From contig NC_086108.1 of NCBI RefSeq assembly GCF_963921235.1, positions 70,062,001 to 70,122,000 on the forward strand: a stretch of DNA of 60,000 nt. The letters are read 5' to 3'. Source of the DNA: Mobula hypostoma (Eukaryota). The translations under genes were made by a program, and so were the position numbers. Positions within the stretch are counted from its first letter, which is position 1. Each line of letters begins with the position of its first letter. The notes under the pieces were generated by a model, which saw only the letters and a list, made by a program, of their open reading frames with translations, was not told the DNA's origin and did no database searches. Below, one piece after another: positions 52,918 through 60,000 of the stretch.

Positions 52918-53006
52918 TATATACAAAATGCTGGAGGAACTCAGCAGGCTGGGCAGCTGGAAAAGAGTAAACAGCCGATGTTTTGGGCCGAGACCCTTCA
53001 TCAGGA
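52918..53006 (-). mobile_element. Solo PLE pLTR with hammerhead-like core
   Basis: Minus strand reads cctgatgaagggtctcggcccaaaacatcggctg. Confidence 0.75.
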
Positions 53007-53197
53007 TGGCTCTGAACATGATTATTTTCTATCACTCACATATCATTTAAAATCCAAACAACATATGATGAAAGTTCTAGGCTTGCTTCTGTGGATATTT
53101 TCCTTTATATCTCTGTACGTTACTCAAAAATGCTTCAAAGACTTTGAATTACTTGTACTAGTTATATCAGCAAAACAGCTTTACCATGGATAGTTAA

Positions 53198-53820
53198 CAG
53201 AATCAGACTTATTATCACTCCAGTATCTTGTAATATTTCTTTGTTTTGCATCTGTGGTACCAGGTTCTTGTTCAGGCAGGAATTAATTCTAGACATGTCA
53301 AACCTCTCAGAGCACTTCTTCACTGTCGATCTGATGGATAGTTATTGAAGCAGGTCACCATGCTCTGCTTGGGCATCGGTCTGATTGCTGCCCGTTTGAA
53401 GCAGGTGCAAGCACCCAGCTGCAACAGGTGTCATACTGATTACTCCCACCAGCTGGTCAGAACAGATTTTCAGCATCCTGCAGGTACGCCGTCAGGGCCT
53501 GATGGCTTGTGAGGGCTCACCCTCTCAAAGGATGATCTAATATCGATCTTCAAGACAAAGACTGCAGGTTGCTAGATGCTGTGTGAATTTGCACAAGAGT
53601 AATATTCTGCTCCCTTTCAAAATATGCATGAAAGGATTTGAACTCAAATGGGAGAGAAGCATCAGAGCCATTTATGTTTTAGGTTTTATAGGAAGTAATG
53701 GCATGCAAAGCCTGCAACAGCTGATGTGCATCCGGTTGCATCTCTAACTTCAAACACTCCCACACGCTTATACTGGCGTCTGTAGGTCATACCTGAACTT
53801 CTTGTAGGGTTCTGGATCAT
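53198..53820 (-). mobile_element. Decayed Rex1/Babar fragment
   Basis: 3' tail plus RT N-terminal segment similar to 12550-12810. Confidence 0.65.
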
Positions 53821-53824
53821 ATCT

Positions 53825-54670
53825 AGGAGGGATATTAAGAATCTCATTGAATGGTGCCACAACAGTAACCTCTCACTCAACGTCAGCAAGATCAAAGAGC
53901 TGATTATTGGCTCATGGACCTCCGGTAGAAACTGGAGGTCCATGAGCCAGTGCTCATTAGGAGACCAGAGTTGGAGAGGGTCAGCAACTTTAAATTCCCT
54001 GACGTTACCATTTCGGAGGATCTGCCTTGGAAGCAGCACATAAGTACCATTTCAAAGAAGCACCTCTACTTTCTTAGAGGTTTGAGCAGATTCAGCATGT
54101 CATCTAAAACCTTGACAAACTTCTGACAATGCACAGTAGAGATTATCCTGATCATGGCCTGATATGGAAAAGCCTACAAAAAGTAGTGGATATGGCCTAG
54201 CCCAATACAGGAAAAACCCTCACCACCATTGAGCACATATACAAGGAGTGTTGCCACAAGAAAGTAACATCTATTATCAAAGATGCGCACCATCCAGACC
54301 GTGCTTCCTTTTTAATACTGCAAACAAGAAGGAGGTACAGGAGCATTAGATCCCACACCTCCAGGTTCAGAACAGCTATTATCCTTCAATCACCAGGCTC
54401 CTAACCCTGCATGATTAACTTCATCCACCTCAGCACTGAGCCAATTCCACAACCAAAGGATTCACTTTCAAGGACTCTACAAATCGTGTTCTCAGTTTAT
54501 TTATTTATTTTGTGTTTGCACTGTGTGTCTTCTTCTGCACGTAGATTGTTTGTCCATGTTTGTGTGTAGTTTTTCATTGATTCTGCTGTATTTCTTTGTT
54601 CTACTCTGAATGCCAACAAGAAAATAAATCTCAGGGTAGTATATGGTAACATAAACGTACTTTGAACTTT
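53825..54670 (+). mobile_element. Rex1/Babar 3' part
   Basis: EWCHNSNLSLNVSKIKELII; 3'UTR ending in tactttgaacttt. Confidence 0.82.
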
Positions 54671-54689
54671 AGCAGGGCCAATTAACTGG

Positions 54690-55220
54690 AACACTTGGAA
54701 GTTTCTGACAAGACCAGGCCGTTCGGCCCAACAAAGCTTGCCGAATTCCTATTCACATCATATGTTGAAATAACTAACGGGTTTAGATTTGAAAGTTTCT
54801 CAGGTGCTACTCTCAACTACACAACTAGGTAGTTTGTTCCATGTGTTCACAACTCACTTTGTAAAGAAATGCTTTGTAAAGAAAAAGGAGACTGAAAACT
54901 CCTTTTAACCAGTCTGCACCTATGGCCCTGTGTCCTCGTTGATGGGTTAATTTTGAAGTAACTGCTGGCATCCATTTTACTGATACCCTTAATGATTTTG
55001 AGCACTTCTATCATGTCTCCTCTCATTCTACATCTACTTAGGCTAAAAAGATTTAATTCTTTTAACCTTTCTTCATGGCTCATACCTGCAACCTGGAATG
55101 AGTCTAGTTGCCCATCACTGAACTCTCTCCAGTGCCTTCACACTCCTCACAAAATATGGAGGCCAAAATTGTACACAGTACTTAAGGTGTAGGTGTAGGC
55201 TCACAAATGCATTATACAGT
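54690..55220 (-). mobile_element. CR1 3' fragment (divergent subfamily)
   Basis: SHEERLKELNLFSLSRCRMRGDMIEVLKII. Confidence 0.8.
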
Positions 55221-55224
55221 TTAT

Positions 55225-56505
55225 GGAGATCTGATTGATTGCGGACTTCAGGAAGAGGAAGTCAGGAGAACATACTCCAATCAGCAGTGGAAAGGATGAG
55301 CAGCTACAAGCTTGGAGGATCTATCCTGGCTCCAGTACACCGATACAGTCATGAAGAAGGTATGCCAGTGGTACTTCATTAGGATTTTGGGGAAATTTGG
55401 TATGTTACTAAGGACTCTAAAATATTTCTACAGATGTACAGTGGAGAGCATTCTGAGTGGTTTCAACACCACCTGTTATGGAGGCACCAGTGTGCAGAAT
55501 TGAAAGAGCCTGCAAAGGGATCCAGACTCCGCCCCCTGCATTGCTGGCATAGGCCTCCCCACCACTGAGGACATCTTCATTGCTGGAATAGGCCTCCCCA
55601 CCACTGAGGACATCTTCATTGCTGGAATAGGCCTCCCCACCACTGAGGACATCTTCATTGCCGGAATAGGCCTCCCCACCACTGAGGACATCTTCATTGC
55701 CGGAATAGGCCTCCCCACCACTGAGGACATCTTCATTGCCGGAATAGGCCTCCCCACCACTGAGGACATCTTCATTGCTGGAATAGGCCTCCCCACCACT
55801 GAGGACATCTTCATTGCTGGAATAGGCCTCCCCACCACTGAGGACATCTTCATTGCTGGAATAGGCCTCCCCACCACTGAGGACATCTTCATTGCCGGCA
55901 TAGGCCTCCCCACCACTGAGGACATCTTCATTGCCGGAATAGGCCTCCCCACCACTGAGGACATCTTCATTGCCGGCACAGGCCTCCCCACCACTGAGGA
56001 CATCTTCATTGCCGGCACAGGCCTCGCCACCACTGAGGACATCTTCATTGCCGGCACAGGCCTCGCCACCACTGAGGACATCTTCATTGCCGGCATAGGC
56101 CTCGCCACCACTGAGGACATCTTCATTGCCGGCATAGGCCTCGCCACCACTGAGGACATCTTCATTGCCGGCATAGGCCTCCCCACCACTGAGGACATCT
56201 TCAAAAGGCGGTGCTTCAAGAAGGCAACATCCATTATTAAGAACCCTCACCATCCAGCACATGCCCACTTCTCATTACTACCATCAGGGAGGAGGTACCA
56301 GAGCCTGGAGACCCATCTCAATATTTCAGGAATAGCTTCTTCCCCTCCACCATCAGATTTCTGAATGGTCCATGAACACTACCTCACCATTCCTCTTCTA
56401 CTCTATTTGTTTTTGTAACTTACTGTCATTTATATGTCTTGCACTGTACTGCTGCCACAAACAACAAATTTCATGGCAGATGTCAGTGATAATAAACGTG
56501 ATGCT
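55225..56505 (+). mobile_element. Rex1/Babar 3' part hosting a minisatellite
   Basis: FYRCTVESILSG..CYG before the array; KKATSIIKNPHHPAHAHFSLLPSGRRY after it. Confidence 0.85.
55539..56201 (+). repeat. Minisatellite, 17 x 39 bp
   Basis: Unit cattgcYggMaYaggcctcSccaccactgaggacatctt, head-to-tail with no spacers. Confidence 0.97.
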
Positions 56506-58184
56506 GCCAAAGATTTTCCACGTAAACGCCAGCAAATCGACTGCACTTTGCCAATAAGCTCCAACAGAGGTTCAGTGGGACAGCACAGACATCTTTAGAT
56601 TTCTCAGCTCTCAGGCCTGTAAAGCAGTCAGCTAATCCTCTGCCAGGTTAGTCTGTAGACCTGGCTAGGGTACTGAGGCCATTTTAAGATCAATGGGAAT
56701 TAACAAGCACTGGGAGAACAGTTTGGAGAGCTACTAATTTATTTAAGTCAGTAACTTCAATTCATTTAATAATTTTAAGCATGTCTGGGAACATTTTCAG
56801 TTACATTTTCTCAATTTTTAAAATTTCTGTAAATAATTTTATTTTCCTATTTTTTAATGGTTCCTAAAGATTTATGGATATCAAAAGCATTCAATAATAT
56901 TCAATTTTAGCTGCAACTTTGATAGTCATTCAGTCCAAGGACAGGCTTCACTGGCTGTCAAAAGTATTTTGGTATCTCAAAGGGAGTCGTTGCACTGTGC
57001 TATTTCAGGTTACAATGTTGTGTTGGTACCAAGTGACCAAGTAGAAGATTGCATGGTTTAAGAGCAGGTGGTTAGTTACATTCATCTTCAAACCACGTAC
57101 AAAAAAGATAGAAAGAGTAGGGCGAAGGATGATTAGGGGAAGTATTGTTTGAAGATCTGCCCCTTCTGTTGTCCATTTGATTGACAATTTATGCACCCAG
57201 CACTCCTGCTGGGAACAGGGATGGACCTAACTTCTCACTCTCAGATAGGCAACCAACTGGAGTGAGCAACTTGAACAGCTTTTCCCCATGGGTGACATGG
57301 TAGGACAACCTGTATGTGGAGTGGAAAAGGTGACAAGTCATCAGTCCCTGTTTGTTGTCGCTGCAGATTATATATTAATCGTTACAGAATGGTTGTTATT
57401 TTTCCCAATGGAAAGTGGATAGATCCAAGCGGAATTGTTGCTTTATTGCTGAAGGTTTGAGAGGCCTGATGCAACAGGTTCACCAGAGCAATGTGAACTT
57501 AATTGAGGCCAAGTGCCACCTGCAATTAAAATCAGAGATGAGAAAGGATTTTACTAACTGATTAAATCCAATCCCACCTAAATAGCTCTAAGGATTAAAC
57601 TCACTGACATTAGTAATTGGGCTAGGGTAATTATGCTCATTAATTGCATTCAAAGAAAATGGTTAATCAGATGGCTCATGCCATACAGATAATTTTTTTT
57701 AATATTGAATTTAATCTTTTCCCTTTTCTTTGCAAGAATGGAATGGTGTTTGAGATTTTTTTTTTAGAAGATGTAATTATAATCCAGGCTTGCATTATTT
57801 CAGATAAATCTTTGTTTAATATAGAATGATTTGAAAAAGTATTCCTGGTTTAAACCACACTAGTCAGAGAACTATAGTTAACAGGTCATTGCACAAAAAG
57901 AAAAGCAGGAAAGCATTCTTCTTCACACAAGAATAAAAGATCTGATTTAGAAAGTGAGGGAGCATAACAAATTAAGGAATTAAAAAGGAGTTCTGCAATC
58001 GAGTTAATGTTGAATGATAAATTATGTACAGCTTAAAGGTTAAAATCATCACCTAGCAGGAAAAAGTAATAAAGAATGCAGAATAAAGTGCATACTCTGC
58101 ATGATCTAATATCACCCTTTGTCTTTGCTTTATTAATGTTAATTATACTTATCACTGTATACTTAATCTGCAAAATTAGCCAAG

Positions 58185-58295
58185 TCGGAGAAAGCAGAGA
58201 GTGGGGTTGAGAGGGATATTAATCAGCCTTGATGGAATGGTGGACCACGCTTGATGGACCAACTAGCCTAATTCTACTCCACGTTTTATAATCTC
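58185..58295 (+). mobile_element. CR1 3' tail remnant
   Basis: ggggttgagaggga..atcagccttgatggaatgg..gcctaattctactcc. Confidence 0.65.
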
Positions 58296-58311
58296 AAAAA
58301 TCTACATTTAA

Positions 58312-60000
58312 CATGTAGATGCTTCAGAAAGGACAGGGAGGGAAGCAAAAGAGCTGGGGGCATGGCACTGATAATCAGATAGTGTCATGGCCGTAGAAAA
58401 GGAGGATGACATGGAGGGATAGTCCATGGAGTCTCTGTGGGTGGAAGTTAGGAACAGGAAGGGGTCAATAACTCTACTGGGTATTTTTTATAGACCACCC
58501 AATAGTAACAAGGATATCAAGGAGCAGATAGGGAGACAGATTCTGGAAAGGTGTAATAATAACAGGGTTGTCATGATGGGAGATTTTAATTTCCCAAATA
58601 TTGATTGGCATCTCCCTAGAGCGAGGGGTTTAGATGGGGTGGAGTTTGTTAGGTGTGTTCAGGAAGGTTTCTTGACATAATATGTAGGTAAGCCTACAAG
58701 AGAAGAGGCTGTACTTGATTTGGTATTGGGAAATGAACCTGGTCAGGTGTCAGATCTCTCAGTGGGAGAGCATTTTGGAGATAGTGATCACAATTCTATC
58801 TCCTTTACCATACCATTGGAGAGGGATAGGAACAGACAAGTTAGGAAAGCGTTTAATTGGAGTAAGGGGAAATATGAGGCTATCAGGCAGGAATTCGAAA
58901 GCATAAATTGGAAACAGATGTTCTCAGGGAAATGTACATAAGAAAAGTGGCAAATGTTCAGGGGATATTTGCGTGGGGTTCTGCATAGGTATGTTCCAAT
59001 GAGACAGGGAAAGGATGGTAGGTTACAGGAACAGTGGTGTACAAAGGCTGTTGAAAATCTAGTCAAGACAAAATAAGAGCTTATGAAAGGTTCAAAAAGC
59101 TAGGTAATAATAGAGAGCTAGAAGATTATAAGGCTAGCAGGAAGGAACTCAAGAAAGAAATTATGAGAGCCAGAAGGGGCCATGAGAAGGCCTTGGCAGA
59201 CAGGATTAAGGAAAACCCCAAGGCATTCTACAAGTATGTTAAGAGCAAGAGGATAAGGTGTGAGAGAATAGGACCAATCAAGTGTGACAGTGGAAAACTG
59301 TGTATGGAACCAGAGGAGACAGCAGAGGTACTTAATGAGTACTTTGCTTTAGTATTCCCTACGGAAAAGGATCTTGGCAGTTGGAGGGATGACTTACAGT
59401 GGACTGAAACACTTGAGCATATAGACATTAAGAAAGAGGATGTGCTGCATCTTTTGGAAAGCATCAAGTTGGATAAGTCACTGGGACCAGAAGAGATGTA
59501 CCCCAGGCTACTGTGGGAGGTGAGGGAGTTGATTGCTGAGCCTCTGGCAATGATCTTTGCATCATCAATGGGGACGGGAGAAGTTCTAGAGGATTGGAGG
59601 GGTGTGCATGTTGCTCCATTATTCAAGAACATGAGTAGAGATAGCCCAGGAAATTATAGACCAGTGAGTCTTATTTCAGTGGTTGGTAAGTTGATGGAAA
59701 AGATCCTGAAAGGCAGGATTTATGAACATTTGGAGAGGCATAATATGATTAGGAATAGTCAGCATGGCTTTGTCAAAGGCAGGTCGTGCCTTACGAGCTT
59801 GATTGAATTTTTTGAGGACGTGACAAAACACATTGATGACAGTAGAGCAGTAGATGTAGTGTATATGAATATCAGCAAGGCATTTGATAAGGTACCCCAT
59901 GCCAGGCTTATTGAGAAAGTGAGGAGGCATGGGATATAAGGGGACATTGCTTTGTGGATCCAGAACTGGCTTGCCCACAGAAGGCAAAGAGTGGTTGTGG
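58312..60000 (+). mobile_element. CR1 ORF2 (EN + RT), running off the window end
   Basis: [64 protein letters not shown]. Confidence 0.93.

Noticed and set aside
53198..54670. Twin-priming inversion of a single Rex1
   Set aside because: The minus-strand piece appears to have its own 3' tail near 53200, so two separate elements are more likely.
55539..56201. CRISPR-like array or repeat-protein gene (ORFs 55417-56268 and 55476-56234)
   Set aside because: Units are head-to-tail with no unique spacers, there are no cas genes, and the context is eukaryotic. The antisense ORFs arise because the 39-bp unit is a multiple of three and lacks stops in those frames.

Overview
Eukaryotic, repeat-dominated non-coding DNA (intergenic or a large intron). 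The repeat repertoire suggests a cartilaginous fish, probably a ray or skate; this is an inference. I recognise no host exon, rRNA, true tRNA gene or CRISPR array. Every ORF I can assign is a transposon fragment: CR1, Rex1/Babar and L1 LINEs, Penelope-like elements (PLEs), V-SINEs, one clean solo LTR, Tc1/mariner and hAT MITEs, and a 17x39-bp minisatellite grown inside a Rex1 ORF. The most interesting signals are RNA-level. (1) Two independent ~230-bp fold-back insertions are built only from the PLE pseudo-LTR, carry minimal hammerhead ribozyme cores, and have the same end points and 13-14-bp TSDs. (2) Two short non-coding RTE-derived elements have 5' ends that fit an HDV-like ribozyme fold. 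(3) A mariner MITE has four TIRs and the transposase 3' end on both arms. Boundaries without a stated TSD/TIR are approximate.
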